From assembly GCF_055900655.2 (NCBI RefSeq), contig NZ_CM148328.1: DNA of 24,000 nucleotides, one strand, 5' to 3'. Position 1 is the first letter of the stretch. Each line of letters starts with the position of its first letter. Of the stretch, positions 16,268 through 24,000 are shown one piece after another. The notes under the pieces were generated by a model. It was not told the origin of the DNA. It saw nothing but the letters and a program-made list of their open reading frames with translations, and did no database searches. The position numbers and the translations under genes are program-made.

Positions 16268-18253
16268 ATGAAAACCGTTAGGGAGTCCACAACGTTGTAC
16301 AACTTTCTCGGATCGCACAATCCATACTGGCGGTTGACGGAAAGCAGCGATGTTTTGCGCTTTTCTACCACCGAAACCACAGAACCTGATCGTACTTTGC
16401 AGTTATCTGCCGAACAGGCTGCTCGCATCAGGGAAATGACGGTCATCACCTCCAGCCTGATGATGAGTCTGACCGTCGATGAGAGCGATCTTTCTGTGCA
16501 TCTGGTAGGACGAAAAATCAATAAACGGGAATGGGCTGGCAACGCGTCTGCATGGCATGACACACCGGCGGTTGCTCGTGATTTATCACACGGGCTTTCC
16601 TTTGCTGAGCAGGTAGTTTCTGAAGCACATTCCGCAATAGTCATTCTCGACAGCCGGGGGAATATTCAACGCTTCAATCGGTTATGTGAAGATTACACAG
16701 GGTTGAAAGAACACGACGTCATTGGGCAAAGCGTGTTTAAACTGTTTATGAGCCGTCGTGAAGCTGCGGCATCCAGGCGCAATAACCGTGTATTTTTTCG
16801 AAGCGGCAATGCATATGAAGTCGAACTGTGGATACCAACATGTAAAGGCCAGCGGCTGTTTCTGTTTCGCAATAAATTTGTCCACAGCGGCAGTGGCAAA
16901 AACGAGATTTTTTTAATCTGTTCCGGCACCGACATTACCGAAGAGCGCCGCGCTCAGGAGCGACTGCGTATTCTGGCAAATACCGACAGTATCACCGGAC
17001 TGCCGAATCGTAACGCAATGCAGGATTTAATCGATCACGCTATTAATCATGCAGATAACAATAAAGTTGGGGTTGTGTATCTTGATTTGGATAATTTCAA
17101 AAAGGTCAACGACGCCTATGGGCATTTGTTTGGTGACCAGTTATTACGCGACGTGTCATTGGCTATTTTAAGCTGTCTCGAACATGACCAGGTGTTGGCG
17201 CGTCCAGGTGGGGATGAGTTTCTGGTACTGGCATCCAACACCTCACAAAGCGCGCTGGAAGCAATGGCATCACGAATTTTGACCCGCTTACGGCTCCCCT
17301 TTCGCATTGGTTTAATTGAAGTTTATACCAGCTGTTCAGTAGGTATTGCACTCTCTCCCGAACATGGTTCAGACAGCACGGCTATTATTCGTCACGCCGA
17401 CACAGCAATGTACACAGCGAAGGAAGGCGGACGAGGACAATTTTGCGTTTTTACCCCAGAAATGAATCAACGGGTATTTGAATATCTCTGGCTGGATACC
17501 AACTTGCGTAAAGCACTGGAAAACGATCAGTTGGTTATTCACTATCAACCGAAAATCACCTGGCGTGGCGAAGTGCGCAGTCTGGAAGCACTAGTACGTT
17601 GGCAGTCACCTGAACGTGGGTTGATTCCACCGTTGGACTTCATTTCCTACGCCGAAGAGTCAGGGCTAATTGTGCCTTTAGGCCGTTGGGTGATTCTCGA
17701 TGTCGTACGCCAGGTGGCAAAGTGGCGGGATAAAGGCATAAACCTGCGAGTGGCGGTAAATATTTCTGCACGTCAGCTCGCCGATCAAACCATTTTCACC
17801 GCCCTGAAACAGGTTCTCCAGGAACTCAATTTTGAATACTGCCCTATAGATGTTGAACTGACAGAGAGTTGTCTGATTGAGAATGATGAACTGGCACTGT
17901 CTGTTATTCAACAATTTAGCCAACTAGGTGCGCAAGTGCATCTGGATGATTTTGGTACCGGCTACTCTTCACTTTCGCAACTGGCGCGCTTTCCGATCGA
18001 TGCCATCAAACTTGACCAGGTTTTTGTTCGAGATATTCACAAACAACCTGTCTCGCAGTCACTGGTCCGGGCGATCGTCGCTGTGGCCCAGGCATTGAAT
18101 CTTCAGGTGATCGCCGAAGGTGTAGAGAGTGCAAAGGAAGATGCTTTTTTAACCAAGAACGGGATCAATGAGCGGCAAGGATTTTTGTTTGCCAAACCGA
18201 TGCCCGCCGTCGCCTTCGAACGCTGGTATAAACGCTATCTGAAGCGCGCATAA
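16268..18253 (+). CDS. pdeR: PdeR (YciR/Gmr), a PAS-GGDEF-EAL c-di-GMP phosphodiesterase and trigger enzyme.
   Basis: 661 aa. An intact GGDEF (RPGGDEFLV) and an intact EAL (SLEALVRW) are both visible. A GGAGG Shine-Dalgarno lies 9 nt before the ATG at 16268. Confidence 0.97.
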   Translation: MKTVRESTTLYNFLGSHNPYWRLTESSDVLRFSTTETTEPDRTLQLSAEQAARIREMTVITSSLMMSLTVDESDLSVHLVGRKINKREWAGNASAWHDTPAVARDLSHGLSFAEQVVSEAHSAIVILDSRGNIQRFNRLCEDYTGLKEHDVIGQSVFKLFMSRREAAASRRNNRVFFRSGNAYEVELWIPTCKGQRLFLFRNKFVHSGSGKNEIFLICSGTDITEERRAQERLRILANTDSITGLPNRNAMQDLIDHAINHADNNKVGVVYLDLDNFKKVNDAYGHLFGDQLLRDVSLAILSCLEHDQVLARPGGDEFLVLASNTSQSALEAMASRILTRLRLPFRIGLIEVYTSCSVGIALSPEHGSDSTAIIRHADTAMYTAKEGGRGQFCVFTPEMNQRVFEYLWLDTNLRKALENDQLVIHYQPKITWRGEVRSLEALVRWQSPERGLIPPLDFISYAEESGLIVPLGRWVILDVVRQVAKWRDKGINLRVAVNISARQLADQTIFTALKQVLQELNFEYCPIDVELTESCLIENDELALSVIQQFSQLGAQVHLDDFGTGYSSLSQLARFPIDAIKLDQVFVRDIHKQPVSQSLVRAIVAVAQALNLQVIAEGVESAKEDAFLTKNGINERQGFLFAKPMPAVAFERWYKRYLKRA

Positions 18254-18399
18254 GTAGATGAATATATATACTTAGCGCTATATCCCGTCATTATATATCG
18301 TATTCCTGGATGATAATTAGCCGTTGCTGTTAAACACTTCTCTTTTAGCGGCAATTTTTGCATTATTCATTTTCCACTTTTGCTATAAGGATGTCCTTG

Positions 18400-18573
18400 A
18401 TGTCTGAATTTGATGCCCAGCGCGTTGCCGAACGTATTGATATTGTGTTAGATATCCTTGTGGCAGGCGATTACCACTCTGCGATCCATAATCTCGAGAT
18501 ACTTAAAGCAGAACTCTTGCGCCAGGTTGCTGAATCTACGCCAGACATCCCGAAGGCACCGTGGGAGATTTAA
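18400..18573 (+). CDS. yciZ: YciZ, a 57-aa UPF0509 small protein.
   Basis: The track ORF starts at 18358. The ATG at 18400 follows an AAGGA Shine-Dalgarno and gives [57 protein letters not shown]. Confidence 0.85.
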
Positions 18574-18662
18574 CAATCGTGCCTTCAGGTTTTCCTATTT
18601 GAGGATGCCCGGCGCGTCAGTATTTTTTTATTTAGTATTATAACGTTATAAGAATTACAGCG

Positions 18663-19412
18663 ATGAATTCCCGACAACAAACTATTCTACAGATGGTCAT
18701 TGACCAGGGTCAGGTTAGCGTAACCGATCTGGCAAAAGCCACTGGAGTTTCTGAAGTTACCATTCGCCAGGATCTCAACACCCTCGAAAAACTGAGTTAC
18801 CTCCGCCGTGCACATGGCTTTGCAGTTTCGCTTGATAGTGATGACGTCGAAACCCGTATGATGAGCAACTATACGCTGAAGCGTGAACTCGCCGAGTTTG
18901 CCGCGTCACTGGTTCAACCGGGCGAAACCATCTTTATCGAAAATGGTAGCAGCAATGCCCTGCTCGCCCGGACTCTGGGCGAACAGAAGAAAAATGTCAC
19001 TATCATCACAGTCAGCAGCTACATTGCGCATTTGCTGAAAGACGCGCCTTGTGAAGTCATTTTGCTCGGTGGCGTGTACCAGAAAAAAAGCGAAAGTATG
19101 GTTGGCCCTTTGACACGCCAGTGCATCCAGCAGGTACATTTCAGCAAAGCATTTATTGGTATTGATGGCTGGCAACCTGAAACTGGATTCACCGGTCGCG
19201 ATATGATGCGTACCGATGTGGTCAATGCCGTGCTGGAAAAAGAGTGCGAAGCGATAGTCCTGACTGACAGCTCGAAATTTGGTGCTGTACATTCATACTC
19301 CATCGGTCCCGTTGAGCGATTCAATCGCGTGATTACCGATTCGAAAATACGCGCCAGCGATCTGATGCATCTTGAGCACAGTAAACTCACCGTTCACGTC
19401 GTTGACATTTAA
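18663..19412 (+). CDS. deoT: DeoT (YciT), a DeoR-family transcriptional regulator.
   Basis: 249 aa. It has an N-terminal DeoR-type HTH ([38 protein letters not shown]) and a C-terminal sugar-phosphate-binding-like domain. Confidence 0.93.
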   Translation: MNSRQQTILQMVIDQGQVSVTDLAKATGVSEVTIRQDLNTLEKLSYLRRAHGFAVSLDSDDVETRMMSNYTLKRELAEFAASLVQPGETIFIENGSSNALLARTLGEQKKNVTIITVSSYIAHLLKDAPCEVILLGGVYQKKSESMVGPLTRQCIQQVHFSKAFIGIDGWQPETGFTGRDMMRTDVVNAVLEKECEAIVLTDSSKFGAVHSYSIGPVERFNRVITDSKIRASDLMHLEHSKLTVHVVDI

Positions 19413-19428
19413 CCATTTCCCTTCTCTA

Positions 19429-19458
19429 CGGATGATTTGCAGTTTGGCAAATCATCCG
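19429..19458 (+). terminator. Perfect 12-bp hairpin after deoT, possibly a terminator or RNA-stability element.
   Basis: cggatgatttgc (19429-19440) pairs perfectly with gcaaatcatccg (19447-19458) around a 6-nt loop. The following sequence is not U-rich, so terminator function is uncertain. Confidence 0.5.
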
Positions 19459-19461
19459 CTC

Positions 19462-19476
19462 TAAGATGATTCCTGG
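19462..19476 (+). promoter_or_regulatory. RcsB-box-like site upstream of osmB.
   Basis: taagatgattcctgg resembles the RcsB/RcsAB box consensus TaAGaatatTCctA. The upstream osmB promoter is known to be Rcs-dependent. Confidence 0.45.
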
Positions 19477-19680
19477 TTGATAATTAAGACTATTTACCTG
19501 TTATTAACACTCTCAAGATATAAAATTATTATCAGCGATATAACAGGAAGTCATTATCACCTGCGTGATATAACCCTGCGCGCGAGCAGATTTCACGGAA
19601 TAATTTCACCAGGCTTATTCTTAGCTATTATAGTTATAGAGAGCTTACTTCCGTGAATCATAAATTCAGGAGAGAGTATT

Positions 19681-19899
19681 ATGTTTGTAACGAGCAAAAA
19701 AATGACCGCGGCTGTTCTGGCAATTACCCTGGCAATGTCTCTGAGTGCCTGTTCTAACTGGTCTAAACGGGACCGCAACACCGCAATCGGCGCGGGTGCA
19801 GGGGCATTAGGCGGTGCAGTACTGACCGATGGCAGTACGTTGGGTACATTAGGTGGTGCAGCTGTCGGTGGTGTTATTGGTCACCAGGTCGGTAAATAA
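19681..19899 (+). CDS. osmB: Osmotically inducible lipoprotein OsmB.
   Basis: 72 aa. It has the lipobox LSAC (MFVTSKKMTAAVLAITLAMSLSAC) and a Gly-rich glycine-zipper body. An AGGAGAG Shine-Dalgarno is present. Confidence 0.96.
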   Translation: MFVTSKKMTAAVLAITLAMSLSACSNWSKRDRNTAIGAGAGALGGAVLTDGSTLGTLGGAAVGGVIGHQVGK

Positions 19900-19993
19900 T
19901 CGTAAATAAATGTCGATTATCGACTCGCAATTATAATACGCTTGATTCTGTTCAGTACGAAATAACTGAATAATACACACAGTAAAATATTCG

Positions 19994-20021
19994 AAAGCCA
20001 CGGATATATCCGTGGCTTTTT
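19994..20021. terminator. Bidirectional intrinsic terminator shared by the convergent genes osmB and yciH.
   Basis: aaagccacggatatatccgtggcttt is a perfect 26-nt palindrome. It is flanked by an A-run on one side and a T-run on the other. Confidence 0.85.
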
Positions 20022-20024
20022 ATG

Positions 20025-20351
20025 TTAACCACCTGCGAGTTTTACCTTCATCCCTTTCGCTTCAAGTAGTGATTTTAATAAATCACGCTTATCGCCCTGG
20101 ATTTCAATAACTCCATCTTTAACTGCTCCGCCGCAGCCGCATTTTTTCTTCAGTTCCGCTGCAAGTTTTGTCAGTTCGGCATCATCGAGATCGACACCGG
20201 TAATCAGGCAAACGCCCTTACCTTTACGTCCACTGGTCTGACGCTGAATACGCACCACACCGTCGCCTTTAGGGCGTACAGGGGCCGCTTTGGGCTCATC
20301 AATACGTCCGGTTTCCGTTGAGTAGACCAGACGGCTGTTGGAATCACTCAT
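20025..20351 (-). CDS. yciH: YciH, an eIF1/SUI1-family translation factor homologue.
   Basis: The 108-aa protein [21 protein letters not shown]... is recognised as YciH. The track starts one ATG earlier, at 20354. The start overlaps the pyrF stop (ATGATGA). Confidence 0.92.
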   Translation of the reverse strand: MSDSNSRLVYSTETGRIDEPKAAPVRPKGDGVVRIQRQTSGRKGKGVCLITGVDLDDAELTKLAAELKKKCGCGGAVKDGVIEIQGDKRDLLKSLLEAKGMKVKLAGG

Positions 20352-21088
20352 CATGCACTCCGCTGTAAAGAGGCGTTGATCGCTTTCAGCGTCTGCGCTG
20401 GATCTACCGATTGCGTTACCGGGCGACCAATCACCATATAATCAACACCAGCCGACAACGCCTGTTCTGGCGTCATAATGCGGCGCTGGTCACCAGCTTC
20501 ACTCCCCTGCGGACGAATGCCCGGCGTAACCAGTTTGAACTCCTGACCGAATACCTGTTTAAAGCGCACAGCTTCCTGAGCAGAACACACCACACCATCA
20601 AGGCCACATTTTTGCGTCAGTGCCGCCAGACGTTCTGCATAATCTGCAGGTGACAGTGTCATGCCAAGATCGACCAGGTCGCTGGCTTCCATGCTGGTCA
20701 ACACTGTCACAGCAATCAAAAGCGGTGCATCTTTGCCAAACGGAACCAGTGCCTCACGCGCTGCGGTCATCATACGCGCCCCACCAGAGGCATGAACATT
20801 CACCATCCACACGCCTAAGTCAGCTGCAGCAGCGACAGCGTGCGCAGCAGTGTTAGGAATATCGTGGAATTTCAGGTCAAGAAAGATATCAAAACCACGC
20901 TGTTGAAGTTCGCGCACAAACTGTGGCCCAAACAATGTAAACATCTCTTTGCCGACCTTCAGACGACAATCGCGTGGTTCGATCTTGTCGACAAAGGACA
21001 GCGCGTCATCACGATTATGATAATCAAGGGCAACAACCACAGGAGAATTCGTAACAGCGCGGGAAGAAGATGAAGCAGTTAACGTCAT
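20351..21088 (-). CDS. pyrF: Orotidine-5'-phosphate decarboxylase PyrF.
   Basis: The track ORF is 265 aa from 21148. The recognised PyrF starts [23 protein letters not shown] at the ATG at 21088, giving 245 aa. The [10 protein letters not shown] active-site motif is present. Confidence 0.95.
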   Translation of the reverse strand: MTLTASSSSRAVTNSPVVVALDYHNRDDALSFVDKIEPRDCRLKVGKEMFTLFGPQFVRELQQRGFDIFLDLKFHDIPNTAAHAVAAAADLGVWMVNVHASGGARMMTAAREALVPFGKDAPLLIAVTVLTSMEASDLVDLGMTLSPADYAERLAALTQKCGLDGVVCSAQEAVRFKQVFGQEFKLVTPGIRPQGSEAGDQRRIMTPEQALSAGVDYMVIGRPVTQSVDPAQTLKAINASLQRSA

Positions 21089-21280
21089 GACCAGACCTTC
21101 TTGATGATGGGCACCGGAAGTGGCGCGAAACAGGTAAACGGCGAGCATTCTACCCGTGGAAATAAAAAATTAACAGTTGCGATTTTTCCCCTGGCAGGCT
21201 TTTTCTGCGCCGTCGTTGCCGGAGCACAATGGAACATCAATAACTAGTATGTTGTAACTAAAGTAGGATTTTTTTAAAAA

Positions 21281-22450
21281 TTACAGGCCATCAAGACCGC
21301 GAATCGGTTTAATGGTTGACCAGGCCCGACAAGACGGACAATGCCAGTAGAGGGTGTATGCGGTAAAACCACATTTCTGGCAGCGATAACGAGGCTTACT
21401 ACGTACCTTTTCGCCAACCATGTCACGCAGCACCATCAGGCTCTCTTTGGCACGCCCTTCTTCCGCTTCATTTAAGTGGTAATCCATTAACTTATGGAAC
21501 ACACGCATGGTCGGATGACGCTGAAGCTGGCGCGTAATATAGACCTGTGCGGCCTCACTACCGTCGCGCGCTTCGATGATATCAGCAAGCATCAATTCAG
21601 CATCGGCACCGGTGTTCTCTTCCACCGCGCGTTGCAGGAATTCTGCCCATTCGGCAGTTTTACCCAACTGCTGATAGCAGGTTTGCAACATTTCCAGCGT
21701 TTCGCTGACCAGTTCTCTGTCCTGGGATATCACGCGTTGCAAACTTTCGACGGCTTTGGCGTATTCTCCTTTCGCCATAAACACGCGTCCCATCATGATG
21801 GATACGCGGGCGCTGTTTTTATCTGCCGCCGCCCCTTTTTTTAGCAAGGTCATGGCACGATCGAGATCGTCGCTGGCCATATGCTGCAGGGCTAACTCAC
21901 AGTAGAAATGGGCAATTTCGACGCGCTGTTTATCTTTACCCAGCTTCACCAGGCGTTCGGCAACATCAATTGCTTTCTGCCACTCACTGGTAGCCTGGTA
22001 GATTTGTAGCAACTGTTGCAGAGCGCCAATGCGGAAGTCAGTTTCATCGGTCAGCTGATTGAACATGTCTTCCGCGCGGTCGTATAACCCGGCGGCCATG
22101 TAATCACGCCCTAGTTGTTGAATCGCCAACAGACGCTGTTCATAGGTCAGCGAGGCGCTTTCCATTAGGGTCTGATGGATGCGAATAGCGCGATCAACTT
22201 CGCCACGCGAACGGAACAGGTTTCCGAGCGTAAGGTGGGCTTCAACGGTGCCTGTATCCTCTTTAAGCATATCGAGAAACAGGTCTACCGCTTTATCCTG
22301 TTGATTACTAAGCAGGAAGTTAACCCCCGCTACGTAATCACGCGACAAGCGGTTGGCTTCATCTTGCTTGTTTTGTTGCGCACTTCTGCGGCCCATATAC
22401 CAGCCATAGGCAGCGGCTACAGGCAAAAGCAGAAACAACAACTCCAGCAT
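21281..22450 (-). CDS. lapB: LapB (YciM), the TPR/rubredoxin-like LPS assembly regulator that acts as the FtsH-LpxC adaptor.
   Basis: 389 aa. It has an N-terminal TM helix, TPR repeats and a C-terminal CQKCGF...HCPSC metal-binding motif. Confidence 0.97.
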   Translation of the reverse strand: MLELLFLLLPVAAAYGWYMGRRSAQQNKQDEANRLSRDYVAGVNFLLSNQQDKAVDLFLDMLKEDTGTVEAHLTLGNLFRSRGEVDRAIRIHQTLMESASLTYEQRLLAIQQLGRDYMAAGLYDRAEDMFNQLTDETDFRIGALQQLLQIYQATSEWQKAIDVAERLVKLGKDKQRVEIAHFYCELALQHMASDDLDRAMTLLKKGAAADKNSARVSIMMGRVFMAKGEYAKAVESLQRVISQDRELVSETLEMLQTCYQQLGKTAEWAEFLQRAVEENTGADAELMLADIIEARDGSEAAQVYITRQLQRHPTMRVFHKLMDYHLNEAEEGRAKESLMVLRDMVGEKVRSKPRYRCQKCGFTAYTLYWHCPSCRAWSTIKPIRGLDGL

Positions 22451-22456
22451 AGAAAG

Positions 22457-22765
22457 TTATTCCTTCGCCGCTGACGAGTGCGGCACTACAGCCACGTCAG
22501 TCGCGGGTGAAAGCTGGTTTTCCAGTCGCTTTATTTTACGTTCAGCGCGCGCCAGGGAAACACGAACTCGCAGCCAGAACAGGCCACAAATCAACCAACC
22601 GATAGCAAACCCCGCAGCAAACAATACCGCCAGCAATGTGGAAATACGGTACTCCCCTTGCGCTAACAGATAATTAAACGTCACCTGTTGATCGTTCTGC
22701 GCACCCAACGTGACCGAAATCACGAAGATCGCTAACACCAGTAAGAAAATGAGTAAATATTTCAC
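22457..22765 (-). CDS. lapA: LapA (YciS), an inner-membrane LPS assembly protein.
   Basis: 102 aa with two TM helices (MKYLLIFLLVLAIFVISVTLG... and ...LLAVLFAAGFAIGWLICGLFWL). It lies 6 nt upstream of lapB. Confidence 0.95.
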   Translation of the reverse strand: MKYLLIFLLVLAIFVISVTLGAQNDQQVTFNYLLAQGEYRISTLLAVLFAAGFAIGWLICGLFWLRVRVSLARAERKIKRLENQLSPATDVAVVPHSSAAKE

Positions 22766-22833
22766 ATTACTTCCCGTTATGTGGTTAGAGCGAATAAATT
22801 ATGGTCAACTTACCGCAATAGCCCTTTAAAGTA

Positions 22834-22859
22834 CCATTTTCGCGCCGTCTGCGAAATGG
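22834..22859 (-). terminator. Possible terminator of pgpB.
   Basis: ccattttcgc (22834-22843) pairs with gcgaaatgg (22851-22859) with a one-nt bulge. On the minus strand it is followed by tactttaaa. Confidence 0.45.
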
Positions 22860-22913
22860 CATCCACGCGCATTGTTGATGATTTAAGGGCTAAATTCGGA
22901 AAATCAACCAGCG

Positions 22914-23678
22914 TTAACTTTCTTGTTCTCGTTGCGCTATTTCGCGATTTTCTTCCGCAGGTGGTGTTAATGGCCCACAAATTCGTTGCGCAAGCCACGT
23001 TGCCACCGCCACCAGCGCCCACGAAATCAACGTAGCTACTACCAGATCGCGTGGCCAATGCATCCCGAGCAGCAGGCGGCTTCCCATGACTCCCGTTGCC
23101 CAGACCAGCAAGATAGCAATGGTTAACGTTCGCCGACGCGGCCACAGCAAACCAACGGCCAGCAGTGCCCAACTGGCAGCAAACATCGTGTGACCGGAAG
23201 GAAAGGCAAACCCCGTCTCTTTCTGCCAGTGTGAACGCAAATATTGTGGGATATTTTTCTCTTCAGCCAACTGTTCTTTCACTAGATTTCCGCGTTCTGC
23301 TCGCTTTAAAGTGTAGAACTCATCAACCGGAATATGATGTGTTTTTTCCAGCCAGATAACAAAAGGTCGTGGTTCCTGGACTTTGTCTTTGATCCAGGAT
23401 TTAACGCCTTGTCCCACAAGGATTGCGGCCGCCAGAATGGCAAATAATACAAAGGCAGCCTTAATGCGAAAACGCAGACACCAGAGAAACCAGCCGAATA
23501 AAATCAAATGTGTAATGACGCCCCAGGGCTGGGTGACAGTTTCAGTAACCCAAAAAGCCGCTTTTAGTAGCCAACTTTGTTCTCCAGGTTGCCAACGCCA
23601 GCCAGAAATCCATACGGCTACTGGCATGACAAGCAATAGTGCAGCTCCCACTGCGGTACGTCTGGCAATCGAACGCAT
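22914..23678 (-). CDS. pgpB: Phosphatidylglycerophosphatase B / undecaprenyl-pyrophosphate phosphatase PgpB, PAP2 family.
   Basis: 254 aa. PAP2 motifs are visible (KxxxxxxRP in KDKVQEPRP, PSGH, and SRLLLGMHWPRD). Confidence 0.96.
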   Translation of the reverse strand: MRSIARRTAVGAALLLVMPVAVWISGWRWQPGEQSWLLKAAFWVTETVTQPWGVITHLILFGWFLWCLRFRIKAAFVLFAILAAAILVGQGVKSWIKDKVQEPRPFVIWLEKTHHIPVDEFYTLKRAERGNLVKEQLAEEKNIPQYLRSHWQKETGFAFPSGHTMFAASWALLAVGLLWPRRRTLTIAILLVWATGVMGSRLLLGMHWPRDLVVATLISWALVAVATWLAQRICGPLTPPAEENREIAQREQES

Positions 23679-23847
23679 GGCCTCTCCTTTTTGATAAGTC
23701 CCACAATCATAACTGAAAACGCCAGTTCCAGGAAAAATTGACAGATTTGTGCCATTCCGTGAACGATCGACGCGTCGTGATTAGGTGAACCCCTTCTCGT
23801 TATGGCAAAATAAGCCAATACAGAACCAGCATTATCTGGAGAATTTC

Positions 23848-24000
23848 ATGCAGCTTAAACGTGTGGCAGAAGCCAAACTGCCAACCCCATGGGGCGATTT
23901 CCTGATGGTGGGATTTGAAGAACTGGCAACCGGACACGATCATGTCGCGCTAGTCTATGGCGATATTTCCGGGCATACCCCGGTACTTGCGCGCGTCCAT
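23848..24000 (+). CDS. ribA: GTP cyclohydrolase II RibA, N-terminal 51 codons. The gene runs off the right edge of the window.
   Basis: The ATG at 23848 gives [51 protein letters not shown], recognised as RibA. A GGAGA Shine-Dalgarno lies at 23838-23842. Confidence 0.92.

Noticed and set aside
16261-16281. A mini-ORF, ATG CAT CAT GAA AAC CGT TAG, overlapping the pdeR start out of frame.
   Set aside because: The GGAGG Shine-Dalgarno lies only 2 nt from this ATG, which is too close. It lies 9 nt from the pdeR ATG at 16268, so the Shine-Dalgarno serves pdeR.
16225-16644. A 139-aa minus-strand ORF overlapping the 5' end of pdeR and its upstream region.
   Set aside because: It is antisense to the well-supported pdeR N-terminus. 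It has no convincing Shine-Dalgarno and no recognisable domain.
22781-23172. ORFs at 22781-23035 (+) and 22810-23172 (-) overlapping the 3' end of pgpB and the lapA-pgpB spacer.
   Set aside because: They overlap the confident pgpB frame and the putative pgpB terminator. They have no ribosome-binding site and no recognisable sequence features.
1-24000. I searched the whole window for mobile elements, defence or accessory islands, CRISPR arrays, tRNA or rRNA genes, toxin-antitoxin pairs, or any multi-gene block of unknown function.
   Set aside because: Every ORF above about 100 aa that is not an antisense shadow corresponds to a protein I recognise as a conserved E. coli chromosomal gene. I saw no direct-repeat arrays, IS-style terminal inverted repeats, integrase or transposase motifs, or cloverleaf-like RNA genes. 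I cannot support a hidden novel system.

Overview
This window reads as a conserved core-chromosome segment of Escherichia coli or Shigella, identified from my recollection of the encoded proteins because no search was possible. The gene order is puuC' < puuR < puuD | puuA > puuP > ymjA > sapA-sapB-sapC-sapD-sapF > ycjD > fabI > yciW > rnb > pdeR(yciR) > yciZ > deoT(yciT) > osmB | yciH < pyrF < lapB(yciM) < lapA(yciS) < pgpB | ribA' >. All 24 protein genes look intact and full length, except the two cut by the window edges. Coding density is high. The spacers hold REP-type and GC-rich palindromic repeats, hairpin terminators and a few recognisable operator sites. I found no tRNA or rRNA genes, IS elements, integrases, CRISPR arrays, toxin-antitoxin pairs or defence-island-like content, and no unexplained multi-gene block. 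I therefore cannot support the presence of a previously undescribed multi-gene system here. The stretches left unexplained are small. (1) The structured 302-bp puuA-puuP spacer contains an unlisted 55-codon proline-rich ORF with a well-spaced Shine-Dalgarno that ends inside the puuP start region. (2) A degenerate tandem second copy of the ycjD 3' end and its GC-rich palindrome lies downstream of ycjD. (3) A perfect 18-bp hairpin buries the ycjD start. (4) Two near-perfect palindromes lie upstream of sapA. (5) The very acidic orphan gene ymjA sits between the putrescine catabolism genes and the putrescine exporter genes. All functional readings of these are inference.
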